NCBI RefSeq assembly: GCF_000026545.1
Contig: NC_011601.1
Length of the DNA stretch: 64,000 nucleotides
DNA from: Escherichia coli O127:H6 str. E2348/69
GTDB taxonomy: Bacteria; Pseudomonadota; Gammaproteobacteria; Enterobacterales; Enterobacteriaceae
Direction: 5' to 3' (one strand)
The notes beneath the pieces were generated by a model. That model saw only the letters and a program-made list of their open reading frames with translations, did not search any database and was not told the origin of the DNA. Of the stretch, positions 35,686 to 45,800 are shown in pieces (within the stretch, counting starts at the first letter, position 1; each line of letters starts with the position of its first letter). The position numbers and the translations under genes were made by a program.

Positions 35686-36963
35686 ATGAAAACAACAGCA
35701 AAGCTGTCGTTCATGATGTTTGTTGAATGGTTTATCTGGGGCGCGTGGTTTGTGCCATTGTGGTTGTGGTTAAGTAAAAGCGGTTTTAGTGCCGGAGAAA
35801 TTGGCTGGTCGTATGCCTGTACCGCCATTGCGGCGATCCTGTCGCCGATTCTGGTTGGCTCCATCACTGACCGCTTTTTCTCGGCGCAGAAAGTGCTGGC
35901 GGTATTGATGTTCGCTGGTGCGGTGCTGATGCATTTCGCTGCGCAACAGACCACTTTTGCCGGGTTCTTCCCGTTACTGCTGGCCTACTCACTAACCTAT
36001 ATGCCGACCATTGCGCTGACTAACAGTATCGCTTTTGCCAACGTGCCGGATGTGGAGCGTGATTTCCCGCGCATTCGTGTGATGGGCACTATCGGCTGGA
36101 TTGCCTCTGGTCTGGCATGTGGTTTCTTGCCGCAAATGCTGGGGTATGCCGATATCTCACCGACGAACATCCCGCTGCTGATTACCGCCGGAAGTTCTGC
36201 TCTGCTTGGTGTGTTTGCGTTTTTCCTGCCAGACACGCCACCAAAAAGCACCGGCAAAATGGATATTAAAGTCATGCTCGGCCTGGATGCGCTGATCCTG
36301 CTGCGCGATAAGAACTTCCTCGTCTTTTTCTTCTGTTCATTCCTGTTTGCGATGCCACTGGCGTTCTATTACATCTTTGCCAACGGTTATCTGACCGAAG
36401 TTGGCATGAAAAACGCCACTGGCTGGATGACGCTCGGCCAGTTCTCTGAAATCTTCTTTATGCTGGCATTGCCGTTTTTCACTAAACGCTTTGGTATCAA
36501 AAAGGTATTGTTGCTTGGTCTGGTCACCGCTGCGATCCGCTATGGCTTCTTTATTTACGGTAGTGCGGATGAATATTTCACCTACGCGTTACTGTTCCTC
36601 GGTATTTTGCTGCACGGCGTAAGTTACGATTTTTACTACGTTACCGCTTACATCTATGTCGATAAAAAAGCTCCCGTGCATATGCGTACCGCCGCGCAGG
36701 GGCTGATCACGCTCTGCTGCCAGGGCTTCGGCAGTTTGCTCGGCTATCGTCTTGGCGGTGTGATGATGGAAAAGATGTTCGCTTATCAGGAACCGGTAAA
36801 CGGACTGACTTTCAACTGGGCCGGGATGTGGACTTTCGGCGCGGTGATGATTGCCATTATCGCCGTGCTGTTCATGATTTTTTTCCGCGAATCCGACAAC
36901 GAAATTACGGCTATCAAGGTCGATGATCGCGATATTGCGTTGACACAAGGGGAAGTTAAATGA
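35686..36963 (+). CDS. yegT: Nucleoside-permease-like MFS transporter
   Basis: 425-aa 12-TM ORF. Confidence 0.88.
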   Translation: MKTTAKLSFMMFVEWFIWGAWFVPLWLWLSKSGFSAGEIGWSYACTAIAAILSPILVGSITDRFFSAQKVLAVLMFAGAVLMHFAAQQTTFAGFFPLLLAYSLTYMPTIALTNSIAFANVPDVERDFPRIRVMGTIGWIASGLACGFLPQMLGYADISPTNIPLLITAGSSALLGVFAFFLPDTPPKSTGKMDIKVMLGLDALILLRDKNFLVFFFCSFLFAMPLAFYYIFANGYLTEVGMKNATGWMTLGQFSEIFFMLALPFFTKRFGIKKVLLLGLVTAAIRYGFFIYGSADEYFTYALLFLGILLHGVSYDFYYVTAYIYVDKKAPVHMRTAAQGLITLCCQGFGSLLGYRLGGVMMEKMFAYQEPVNGLTFNWAGMWTFGAVMIAIIAVLFMIFFRESDNEITAIKVDDRDIALTQGEVK

Positions 36964-37964
36964 AAACAGAACGTATTCTCGGTGCTCTTTATGGGCAGGC
37001 GTTAGGGGATGCGATGGGGATGCCCTCCGAGCTTTGGCCGCGCAGTCGCGTCAAAGCACACTTTGGCTGGATTGACCGTTTTCTGCCTGGGCCAAAGGAG
37101 AATAACGCGGCCTGTTATTTTAACCGCGCCGAATTCACCGACGATACCTCGATGGCGCTGTGTCTGGCGGATGCGTTACTGGAACGTAAAGGCAAGATCG
37201 ATCCGGATCTGATTGGGCGTAATATTCTCGACTGGGCGCTGCGTTTCGACGCCTTTAACAAAAACGTACTAGGTCCGACCTCGAAGATTGCTCTCAACGC
37301 CATTCGCGACGGTAAACCCGTTGCTGAACTGGAAAACAACGGCGTGACCAACGGCGCAGCGATGCGCGTCTCGCCATTAGGTTGTTTGCTTCCGGCGCGT
37401 GATGTTGATTCCTTTATTGATGATGTGGCGCTGGCGTCGAGCCCGACCCATAAATCCGATCTGGCAGTTGCAGGTGCGGTAGTCATCGCATGGGCGATTT
37501 CTCGTGCCATTGACGGAGAAAGCTGGTCAGCGATTGTTGATTCACTGCCTTCAATTGCGCGACATGCACAGCAAAAACGCATCACTACCTTCAGTGCCTC
37601 ACTGGCAGCACGTCTGGAGATTGCGCTGAAAATTGTGCGCAATGCCGACGGCACCGAATCCGCCAGCGAACAGCTGTATCAGGTCGTTGGCGCAGGTACC
37701 AGCACTATTGAGTCCGTTCCGTGCGCCATTGCGCTGGTTGAACTGGCACAAACCGACCCGAATCGCTGCGCCGTCCTGTGCGCTAACCTTGGCGGCGACA
37801 CAGACACCATAGGTGCTATGGCGACGGCAATTTGCGGCGCGTTGCATGGCGTTAACGCTATCGATCCTGCGTTAAAGGCGGAGCTGGATGCGGTAAATCA
37901 GCTTGATTTCAACCGCTATGCCACAGCGCTGGCGAAATATCGTCAACAACGGGAGGTGGTATGA
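36960..37964 (+). CDS. yegU: ADP-ribosylglycohydrolase-family protein
   Basis: 334-aa ORF with N-terminal GALYGQALGDAMGMP motif; overlaps yegT stop. Confidence 0.88.
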   Translation: MKTERILGALYGQALGDAMGMPSELWPRSRVKAHFGWIDRFLPGPKENNAACYFNRAEFTDDTSMALCLADALLERKGKIDPDLIGRNILDWALRFDAFNKNVLGPTSKIALNAIRDGKPVAELENNGVTNGAAMRVSPLGCLLPARDVDSFIDDVALASSPTHKSDLAVAGAVVIAWAISRAIDGESWSAIVDSLPSIARHAQQKRITTFSASLAARLEIALKIVRNADGTESASEQLYQVVGAGTSTIESVPCAIALVELAQTDPNRCAVLCANLGGDTDTIGAMATAICGALHGVNAIDPALKAELDAVNQLDFNRYATALAKYRQQREVV

Positions 37965-38926
37965 GCAGCGCTCGATTACACACGCTGCTGCCTGAATTAA
38001 CCCCGCGTCAGCCAGTTATGGTGATTGGCGCGGCGGTCATTGATGTGATCGCCGACGCTTATGCCCTCCCCTGGCGTGGGTGCGATATCGAACTGAAACA
38101 GCAGAGCGTTAACGTTGGCGGCTGCGCACTGAATATTGCCGTGGCGTTAAAGCGCCTCGGCATCGAAGCGGGTAATGCCTTGCCGCTCGGTCAGGGGGTG
38201 TGGGCGGAGATTATTCGCAACCGGATGGCAAAAGAGGACTTAATCAGCCTGATCGATAACGCCGAAGGTGATAACGGCTGGTGTCTGGCGCTGGTTGAGC
38301 CTGATGGCGAACGCACTTTTATGTCATTCAGCGGTGTGGAAAATCAGTGGAATCGCCAGTGGCTGGCGCGATTAACCGTTGCGCCTGGCAGCCTGCTCTA
38401 TTTTTCCGGTTATCAACTGGCCTCGCCCTGCGGCGAATTGTTAGTGGAATGGCTGGAAGAGCTGCAAGACGTGACGCCATTTATCGATTTTGGCCCACGT
38501 ATTGGCGATATCCCGGATGCATTACTGGCGCGGATCATGGCCTGTCGACCTTTAGTGTCACTCAATCGTCAAGAGGCTGAGATTGCCGCCGAACGTTTTG
38601 CTCTATCCGCAGAGATAACAACACTAGGCAAGCAATGGCAGGAGAAATTTGCCGCGCCGTTGATCGTTCGTCTCGATAAAGAGGGCGCATGGTATTTCAG
38701 CAACGACGCTTCTGGCTGCATTCCGGCATTTCCAACGCAAGTTGTAGACACCATTGGGGCGGGCGACAGTCATGCCGGCGGCGTACTTGCCGGGCTGGCC
38801 TCTGGTCTGCCACTGGCGGATGCCGTATTACTGGGCAATGCAGTGGCGTCGTGGGTTGTCGGGCATCGGGGTGGTGATTGTGCGCCAACGCGCGAGGAAC
38901 TACTCCTCGCACACAAAAACGTATAG
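37961..38926 (+). CDS. yegV: PfkB-family carbohydrate/nucleoside kinase
   Basis: 321-aa ORF with PfkB signature DTIGAGDSHAGG; overlaps yegU stop. Confidence 0.88.
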   Translation: MSSARLHTLLPELTPRQPVMVIGAAVIDVIADAYALPWRGCDIELKQQSVNVGGCALNIAVALKRLGIEAGNALPLGQGVWAEIIRNRMAKEDLISLIDNAEGDNGWCLALVEPDGERTFMSFSGVENQWNRQWLARLTVAPGSLLYFSGYQLASPCGELLVEWLEELQDVTPFIDFGPRIGDIPDALLARIMACRPLVSLNRQEAEIAAERFALSAEITTLGKQWQEKFAAPLIVRLDKEGAWYFSNDASGCIPAFPTQVVDTIGAGDSHAGGVLAGLASGLPLADAVLLGNAVASWVVGHRGGDCAPTREELLLAHKNV

Positions 38927-39646
38927 ATCGCTGCGACAGTGGCTTATGCTGTACTCAATAGGCCGTTGCTGTTGGTCAAGCGCCACTTGCTTGATCACCA
39001 GCACCGGTATTTTGCTATCTAACTGAATATGTGACTGAAACTCGGCATCCGGCATCCGGGCGCTAACGCGGGAACGCGTACGTTGTGGGTAAATGTGCTG
39101 GCTGCGGAAGTAGTCATAAAGAGAAATTCCGATGGCATCAACATCATGAATTAAATGCGCCGGAACCCACGATTCCTCAATCGATACCGCCTCTTCATCG
39201 ACATAGCGAATACGCTTAAGCAAAAAGACATCACTTCCCGCTTCGACCGCCAGCTGTTGCGCGACTTCTTCGGGACATTTCACGACACGCTTGTTAACCC
39301 ATAGCGTATCGGGCTTTTTCCCGCGCAATACCACCTGCTGAGAAAACCCCCGCGCTTCTTTCAGCGAGTATTCGAAGATGTTGTTGATCTGCGTGCCGTA
39401 ACCACGCGAACGCGTCACCACGCCCTCTTCTTCCAGCGACTGCATCGCCTTGCGCACCGTAATGCGCGAAACGCCGGTTAACTGACTTAAATCACGCTCA
39501 CCGGGCAAAATATTGCCATGCTCCAGCACCCCGCTGCGCACGGCATTTTTTACCGTTTCGGCAAACTTAATATAAAGCGGCGTGTTATCCGCCGCTAAAA
39601 TACGCTCGTTCAGTTGGGCAATCAGCTGGGTATGCGCTTGTTCCAT
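38900..39646 (-). CDS. yegW: GntR-family transcriptional regulator
   Basis: 248-aa ORF, N-terminal GntR HTH and UTRA-like C-terminus; 3' end overlaps yegV 3' end by 27 bp (convergent). Confidence 0.88.
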   Translation of the reverse strand: MEQAHTQLIAQLNERILAADNTPLYIKFAETVKNAVRSGVLEHGNILPGERDLSQLTGVSRITVRKAMQSLEEEGVVTRSRGYGTQINNIFEYSLKEARGFSQQVVLRGKKPDTLWVNKRVVKCPEEVAQQLAVEAGSDVFLLKRIRYVDEEAVSIEESWVPAHLIHDVDAIGISLYDYFRSQHIYPQRTRSRVSARMPDAEFQSHIQLDSKIPVLVIKQVALDQQQRPIEYSISHCRSDLYVFVCEE

Positions 39647-39697
39647 TTGTCTTTTTCCTGCCGGGGAATCTGGTGGGAGTATATCACTGCTTCATAT

Positions 39698-40525
39698 TTA
39701 AGGCGTTTCTTTAATCCCATCAACGAATCCCTGCAACTCCTCCACCGTGCCATTAAACACATTAAAATCCACCGGACCATTAATGCCATCGACCTGTCCA
39801 CGGTCGGAATGCTGCCAGAAGCGCCAGGCCATACCGTCATTGTCCGGGCGACGTTGATAATAGTGAGCCACCCACCACGGATATTCATTGAAATAGCCCG
39901 CCAGATTGGTGTGATAAAAAACGGCTCCTGAGTAAATAATTGGCTTTTTACCCGTACGTTTTTCGACCATTTTTAGCCACTGACTTACCCGCTTGCGTAA
40001 TTCTTTTGCCGATAATTTTCCCCGTTCTTCTACGTCCAGCACGGCAGGGAAATCGCCTTGTGAGAAATCCACCGTTTGCAGAAATAATCTCGCCTGAACT
40101 GAAGCAGATACCGACGGGGAAAAATAATGATACGCCCCGCGCAGCAGGCCATTTTCGCGGCTTAGTTGCCAGTTACGCGAAAAATAGGGGTCCACCAGCT
40201 TTTCGCCTTCCGTCGCCTTAATAAAGGCAAATTGTAAGCGAATACCGTTATCGCGCATTTTTGTCACCCGCTGCCAGTCGATCCGCTCCTGCCAGCGCGA
40301 AACATCTATTCCGTGAATGGTGTAACTGGCAGGAATGCGAATAGCGAAAGATTTAACCGGGCGATAACCGTAGAAGTGAATGTAGTCTTTAATCTGAATT
40401 GCTGTCGAATAGAAAAAGTTCACCGTCTGACGCGGATAAATTGCAACGATGGAAATTAGCCCAAGAGCGCATAATAAAACGGTGAATTTTTTTCGACTGG
40501 TGATTCTCAACTGCATTGGTTTCAT
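39698..40525 (-). CDS. yegX: GH25 (lysozyme-like) family protein with N-terminal membrane anchor
   Basis: 275-aa ORF, GH25-like core; start could also be the Met 3 codons downstream. Confidence 0.82.
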   Translation of the reverse strand: MKPMQLRITSRKKFTVLLCALGLISIVAIYPRQTVNFFYSTAIQIKDYIHFYGYRPVKSFAIRIPASYTIHGIDVSRWQERIDWQRVTKMRDNGIRLQFAFIKATEGEKLVDPYFSRNWQLSRENGLLRGAYHYFSPSVSASVQARLFLQTVDFSQGDFPAVLDVEERGKLSAKELRKRVSQWLKMVEKRTGKKPIIYSGAVFYHTNLAGYFNEYPWWVAHYYQRRPDNDGMAWRFWQHSDRGQVDGINGPVDFNVFNGTVEELQGFVDGIKETP

Positions 40526-40580
40526 CCCTGAATGTCAGCACCAAAGGCTGACAATAACCAAAGCAGCTATAGTACGGTGC

Positions 40581-41381
40581 TCACCACCAGGCGTGGAAGT
40601 GGTGAACCGGACCAATACCGTGACCAACTTCCAGCGTGTCGGCCTGGGCTAATGCCGATGAAAGCCAGCTTTTTGCCTCCTGTACGGTGTCAGCCCAGTT
40701 TGTATGGCGCGGGCGTAGTGCAGCCAACGCCGCAGAGAGCGTACAACCAGTGCCGTGAGTGTTTTTGGTCATAATGCGCTGTGCGGTAAACCGTTGTTCA
40801 CCCTCGCGGGTAAACAGCCAGTCCGGGCTTTGCTCATCATCCAGATGACCACCTTTCATTAGCACTGCGCCACAGCCCATCGCCAACAGCGATCGCCCTT
40901 GTTCCAGCATTTCCTGTTCGGTGCGCGCGTGTGGCGCGTCGAGCATGGCGGCTGCTTCGGGCAAGTTTGGTGTTATTAATGAAACCTGTGGCAATAATCG
41001 ACTGCGTAGCGTGGCAACTGCCGAAGGTGAAAGCAGCGGGTCGCCGCTTTTTGCCAGCATAACGGTGTCGAGTACCACGTTTTGGATCTGATAACGTTGC
41101 AACCGTTCTGCCACCGCTTCAACAATATCGGTTTCCGCCAACATACCGATTTTAGTGGTGTCGATTCGCACATCGCTGAACACCGAATCGAGCTGGGCGG
41201 CGACAAAATCAGGCTCAATGCGATACACCGACTGTACGCCACGGGTATTTTGCGCCACCAGTGCAGTAATAACTGAGCAACCATAAGCGCCAAGTGCCGA
41301 GAAGGTTTTAAGATCGGCCTGAATCCCCGCACCACCACTCGGATCAGTACCGGCAATCGTCAGAGCGTTAATTCGTTTCAT
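40581..41381 (-). CDS. thiD: Hydroxymethylpyrimidine/phosphomethylpyrimidine kinase
   Basis: 266-aa ORF, PfkB-like ThiD motifs. Confidence 0.93.
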   Translation of the reverse strand: MKRINALTIAGTDPSGGAGIQADLKTFSALGAYGCSVITALVAQNTRGVQSVYRIEPDFVAAQLDSVFSDVRIDTTKIGMLAETDIVEAVAERLQRYQIQNVVLDTVMLAKSGDPLLSPSAVATLRSRLLPQVSLITPNLPEAAAMLDAPHARTEQEMLEQGRSLLAMGCGAVLMKGGHLDDEQSPDWLFTREGEQRFTAQRIMTKNTHGTGCTLSAALAALRPRHTNWADTVQEAKSWLSSALAQADTLEVGHGIGPVHHFHAWW

Positions 41382-42157
41382 GCCTGCACCTCCTGCGCCA
41401 ATTGCCAGAGCGCATCAAGGAAATGTGGAACAAAACTACCTGGCCCCTCGCTTCTGGCGACTGCGCGTTCTCCGGCTTGTTTCATCCAGTGACAGGCAGA
41501 TGCGACATTTTCCAGCGTATCGCCTGGTAGCGCACAACAGGCAGCGACAACCGCCGATAATGCACAGCCAGTTCCTACCACTTTGGTCATTAGCGGATCG
41601 CCACCGTGAATGCCAACGATACGATGTCCATCGGTAACATAATCCACCTCGCCAGTGACCACGACGATTGCGCCAGTTTCCCGTGCCAGTGTTTGTGCAG
41701 CAGGTATCGCGTTAGCTGCGGCATCAGTGGTATCCACTCCCCGTCCACCATTAGCAACGCCAGCTAATGCCATGATTTCCGAAGCATTACCACGTATGGC
41801 GGTTGGCTTATGGGACAGAAGTTCCACACAAAAACGGCGGCGATAATCGAGCGCACCAACCGCAACCGGATCAAGCGTCCAGGGCGTTTGTGCTTGCTCA
41901 ACGGCAGCACTCATCGCTTGCGCTCGTGGCTGCGTCAGCGTGCCAACGTTAATCAACAAGGCACTGGCGATAGCCGCAAACTGACTGGCCTCTTCGGTTT
42001 CGATAACCATTGCTGGCGATGCACCGAGCGCCAGCAATGTATTGGCAGTAAAGGTTTGCACCACATCGTTGGTCATACAGTGCACAAGAGGGGAATGTTG
42101 GTGAAAAAGGTGTAACGCGTGCGCAGATTGCGCTGAACTCAGCAGGTCGACTTGCAT
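41378..42157 (-). CDS. thiM: Hydroxyethylthiazole kinase
   Basis: 259-aa ORF, overlaps thiD start; TPP riboswitch immediately upstream. Confidence 0.93.
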   Translation of the reverse strand: MQVDLLSSAQSAHALHLFHQHSPLVHCMTNDVVQTFTANTLLALGASPAMVIETEEASQFAAIASALLINVGTLTQPRAQAMSAAVEQAQTPWTLDPVAVGALDYRRRFCVELLSHKPTAIRGNASEIMALAGVANGGRGVDTTDAAANAIPAAQTLARETGAIVVVTGEVDYVTDGHRIVGIHGGDPLMTKVVGTGCALSAVVAACCALPGDTLENVASACHWMKQAGERAVARSEGPGSFVPHFLDALWQLAQEVQA

Positions 42158-42164
42158 AGTTTGC

Positions 42165-42300
42165 TCCTGCCATAACGTGAAGAAGCAATGACCTGGTGGT
42201 CCGTGACTTCCCTACGCTGGCATTATCCAGATCAGGTGATACGGGTATTTCTCAGCCTTCACGCAGAAGGGCACCCCGAGTCGTTTGGTTGCGATGATAA
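42165..42300 (-). promoter_or_regulatory. TPP riboswitch (thi-box) in thiM leader
   Basis: Minus strand reads GGGGTGCCC...CTGAGAAATACCCGTATCACCTGATCTGGATAATGCCAGCGTAGGGAAGTCACGGACCACCAGGTCATTGCTTCTTCACG, the conserved thiM aptamer and expression platform. Confidence 0.88.
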
Positions 42301-42379
42301 ATCGCAGAGGAGGATGGTAATGTCCAGCGCACGCGTTGTAAACGAAGAAAAACGGCGGTATTACAATAACGTTGTGAAA

Positions 42380-42652
42380 TTATTTGATATAAGAATCCAG
42401 CACCTTCAGAACGACATCCAGATCTTCTTCACGTTTTAGCTCATCCCCCTGGTGAACGATGTGTTCCGTCAGATGGCCTTTAATCACTTCCCGCATCAGA
42501 CCGTTTACCGCGCCACGGATAGCAGCAATCTGTTGTAAAACTGCAGCGCATTCATGCGGTTCGTCGAGCATTTTCTTGAGCGCCACGACCTGGCCCTGAA
42601 TCTTACTGGCACGCGCTTTCAGTTTCTGTTTATCACGGATTGTATGAGACAT
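42380..42652 (-). CDS. rcnR: Ni/Co-responsive repressor RcnR (CsoR/RcnR family)
   Basis: 90-aa ORF, divergent from rcnA. Confidence 0.93.
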
Positions 42653-42700
42653 GGCAACACCTGGTTAACAAGAATATGAAAAATCATAGCACTATTAATC

Positions 42701-42735
42701 TACTGGGGGGTAGTATCAGGTACTGGGGGGGAGTA
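42701..42735. promoter_or_regulatory. RcnR operator, two TACT-G6/7-N-AGTA sites
   Basis: TACTGGGGGGTAGTA and TACTGGGGGGGAGTA in the rcnR-rcnA spacer. Confidence 0.8.
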
Positions 42736-42772
42736 GAATCAGATTGCCGAATTAATACTAAGAATTATTATC

Positions 42773-43603
42773 ATGACCGAATTTACAACACTTCTTCAGC
42801 AAGGAAACGCCTGGTTCTTCATCCCCAGCGCCATCTTACTTGGTGCGCTTCATGGCCTAGAACCGGGGCACTCAAAAACGATGATGGCGGCGTTTATCAT
42901 CGCCATCAAAGGCACCATTAAACAGGCGGTGATGCTCGGACTGGCAGCAACCATTTCGCATACCGCAGTGGTCTGGTTAATTGCCTTTGGCGGGATGGTG
43001 ATCAGCAAACGCTTTACTGCTCAATCAGCAGAACCGTGGCTCCAGTTGATTTCCGCAGTGATCATTATTAGCACCGCGTTCTGGATGTTCTGGCGTACCT
43101 GGCGCGGCGAACGCAACTGGCTGGAGAATATGCACGAGCATGATCATGATCATGAGCATCATCACCACGATCACGAAGATCACCACGACCATGGACATCA
43201 TCACCATCACGAACATGGCGAGTATCAGGATGCCCATGCACGAGCCCATGCCAATGACATTAAACGACGCTTTGATGGTAGAGAGGTCACCAACTGGCAA
43301 ATTTTGCTATTTGGCTTAACCGGTGGCCTTATCCCCTGCCCGGCAGCAATTACCGTGCTGTTGATTTGCATTCAGTTGAAAGCCCTGACACTGGGCGCAA
43401 CACTGGTCGTCAGTTTCAGCCTCGGCCTGGCGTTAACGCTTGTCACCGTAGGCGTTGGCGCAGCAATCAGCGTTCAGCAGGTCGCAAAACGCTGGAGCGG
43501 ATTTAACACTCTCGCTAAACGCGCTCCCTATTTTTCCAGTCTGTTGATTGGCTTAGTTGGTGTGTATATGGGCGTACATGGCTTCATGGGCATAATGCGA
43601 TAA
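42773..43603 (+). CDS. rcnA: Nickel/cobalt efflux protein RcnA
   Basis: 276-aa membrane ORF with His-rich loop HEHDHDHEHHHHDHEDHHDHGHHHHHEH. Confidence 0.93.
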   Translation: MTEFTTLLQQGNAWFFIPSAILLGALHGLEPGHSKTMMAAFIIAIKGTIKQAVMLGLAATISHTAVVWLIAFGGMVISKRFTAQSAEPWLQLISAVIIISTAFWMFWRTWRGERNWLENMHEHDHDHEHHHHDHEDHHDHGHHHHHEHGEYQDAHARAHANDIKRRFDGREVTNWQILLFGLTGGLIPCPAAITVLLICIQLKALTLGATLVVSFSLGLALTLVTVGVGAAISVQQVAKRWSGFNTLAKRAPYFSSLLIGLVGVYMGVHGFMGIMR

Positions 43604-43821
43604 CTCAATCCTTTAGGCTTGCATGTTATCTTCAGCCCAGGATGATTCTTAAATCAGCTATTTCCGCTGACTCTCTGCTCGCTAAGGATGCTTTTAGGGC
43701 ATCCTTTCATTTACACTTTTTACGAAATCATGGGATCACTAACAAAATATCGCTTGTCAGTTATATTGTATGGCAGGAAAGATATGCGACTGATATTACA
43801 GATCCCCAAAGTGGAGAGTTT

Positions 43822-44160
43822 ATGACCATTAAAAATAAGATGTTGCTGGGTGCGCTTTTGCTGGTTACCAGTGCCGCCTGGGCCGCACCAGCCACCGCGG
43901 GTTCGACCAATACCTCGGGAATTTCTAAGTATGAGTTAAGCAGTTTCATTGCTGACTTTAAGCATTTCAAACCAGGTGACACCGTCCCAGAGATGTACCG
44001 CACCGATGAGTACAACATTAAGCAGTGGCAGTTACGTAACCTGCCCGCGCCTGATGCCGGGACGCACTGGACCTATATGGGTGGCGCGTACGTGTTGATC
44101 AGCGACACCGACGGTAAAATCATTAAAGCCTACGACGGTGAGATTTTTTATCATCGCTAA
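43822..44160 (+). CDS. rcnB: Periplasmic Ni/Co homeostasis protein RcnB (YohN)
   Basis: 112-aa reading from MTIKNKMLLGALLLVTSAAWA (signal peptide); track ORF carries an upstream extension. Confidence 0.88.
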   Translation: MTIKNKMLLGALLLVTSAAWAAPATAGSTNTSGISKYELSSFIADFKHFKPGDTVPEMYRTDEYNIKQWQLRNLPAPDAGTHWTYMGGAYVLISDTDGKIIKAYDGEIFYHR

Positions 44161-44182
44161 AAAAAAGCCCCCTCGGAGAGAG

Positions 44183-45732
44183 CTGTCTCTTGATCAGATC
44201 TCCTGATCAAGAGACTTCATCACCAGGTAACCCTCAACCATATCCTGAAGTCTGAACCAGCCATCCCACATGACTACCCAACCGGGGCGACCGGTGCGTT
44301 TGCTGTCATGCCATCGCCCCAGTTTCGCCAGTTTCAGACAGGCCCATTTCAGTGTCGGCATCTGTGACGGAAGCGGTTTTCCTTCCAGCTTAACCCACAG
44401 CAGTTTCCACTCTGTCGGCGTCAGTATTTTCTCACAGCTGTCATTTTGTGTTTCTTCACTGATACCGCCCTGCCGCAGGCCCAGCACCCGCACCGCGATA
44501 AACGCCTTGATAACCACCATGCGCTCGAGGTTATCCCGGGTCTGCATTCGCAGCGATTCCACACATGTACCACCACTTTTCCACGCCTTGTGGTATTCCT
44601 CTATCAGCCAGCGTCGCTCGTAATGGCTGACGATACGTCGCGCATCGGCGGCACTCGCCACTTTTTCTGACGTCAGCAGATGCCAGCAGGCGCCGTCCTC
44701 TGCCTGCTCCCGGCAACAGACATACGTGAGCGGGAGCGCCTGGCCGCTGTTGTCGGGATTTTTTATGCTGACTTCGCTGTAACTGATGAACATCCGGGCC
44801 TGGCGGGCTGCCCGCCCGCCTTTTTGCATCACATTCAGCGTGTGGCTTCCCGCGGTTGCCAGGACTTCCGGCAGTTCGAAGAGCTTGCCGGGTGCTTCTT
44901 CCAGCCGGCGATTCTGTGCTGCACGCACCACGAAGCGCTGCCCGTGGCTGACTTTATAATGCAGGTAATGCCAGATATCCGCTTCCCGGTCACAGACAGT
45001 GATTACCCGTTTCTGTATCTCCCCCAGCCGTTCGGCCATGCGCTCCGAAGCCTGCTGCCAGCGGTAACTTTCTTTTTCTTCATAGGGACGTTCTTTTCGC
45101 TGGTGCTTAACACCGTAGGTGTCCGTGGCACGACTCCAGCGCTGCTGTTCGATAAGACCGACTGGCAGGGCGCTGTCGGGGGCGTACATCAGGACAGAGT
45201 GAGCCAGCAGCCCGCGCGTCTTCGGGTTAGTGGTGGTATTCCCCAGGTCATCAGATGCCGTACTGTGACTGAAGTTAATGGTGGTGGTGTCTTCCAGCGC
45301 GAGGAGCAGCGGATGAGCCTCACATGCCCTTACAGTGGCGGTAAATCCGGCTTCGGCAATGGCTTGCGGGGACACAGACGGGTTACGTATCAGGCGGTAC
45401 GCACCTTCAACCTGAGCAGTGGACTGGGATGATTTCACAATAGAAAGACCTGCATGCTGAGCGAGAGAAGAGGCCAGTGACACAAGGCGTCGTGTACGAC
45501 GCGGATCACCGAGACGGGCATGTCCAAACTGCTCGTTAGCCCATGAATAACAATCAGAAAGTACCATAACAGACCCGAAGAAAATGAAATATAAGAGAAG
45601 ATCAACGGGTGAGGAAAAAGTTCAAAAAATCGCTGCCGGGGAGGAAGGAAACTACCGGATGGAAAGAGTCCCCCTAAAGCAGACTGACAGACATCACAAA
45701 TCCCCGGGTGGGGATTTGTGTATAAGAGACAG
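44183..45732 (-). mobile_element. IS50/Tn5-like insertion sequence (IS4 family), copy 2, 1550 bp, inverted relative to copy 1
   Basis: Same terminal sequences as copy 1; perfect 9-bp target-site duplication CGGAGAGAG at 44174-44182 and 45733-45741. Confidence 0.92.
44194..45567 (-). CDS. IS50/Tn5-like DDE transposase (457 aa)
   Basis: Protein identical to the ORF at 2837-4210. Confidence 0.9.
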   Translation of the reverse strand: MVLSDCYSWANEQFGHARLGDPRRTRRLVSLASSLAQHAGLSIVKSSQSTAQVEGAYRLIRNPSVSPQAIAEAGFTATVRACEAHPLLLALEDTTTINFSHSTASDDLGNTTTNPKTRGLLAHSVLMYAPDSALPVGLIEQQRWSRATDTYGVKHQRKERPYEEKESYRWQQASERMAERLGEIQKRVITVCDREADIWHYLHYKVSHGQRFVVRAAQNRRLEEAPGKLFELPEVLATAGSHTLNVMQKGGRAARQARMFISYSEVSIKNPDNSGQALPLTYVCCREQAEDGACWHLLTSEKVASAADARRIVSHYERRWLIEEYHKAWKSGGTCVESLRMQTRDNLERMVVIKAFIAVRVLGLRQGGISEETQNDSCEKILTPTEWKLLWVKLEGKPLPSQMPTLKWACLKLAKLGRWHDSKRTGRPGWVVMWDGWFRLQDMVEGYLVMKSLDQEI

Positions 45733-45800
45733 CGGAGAGAGGGGGGAATGCAGACACCTTAATATTTTTATTATTAGCCACTTGCTCGTCTTGCTTGTTA

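Noticed and set aside
43135-43215. Short repeats in rcnA and in yehH (56212-56238) as possible CRISPR-like arrays
   Set aside because: They are in-frame coding repeats without spacer structure; no CRISPR array or cas gene is present in the window.
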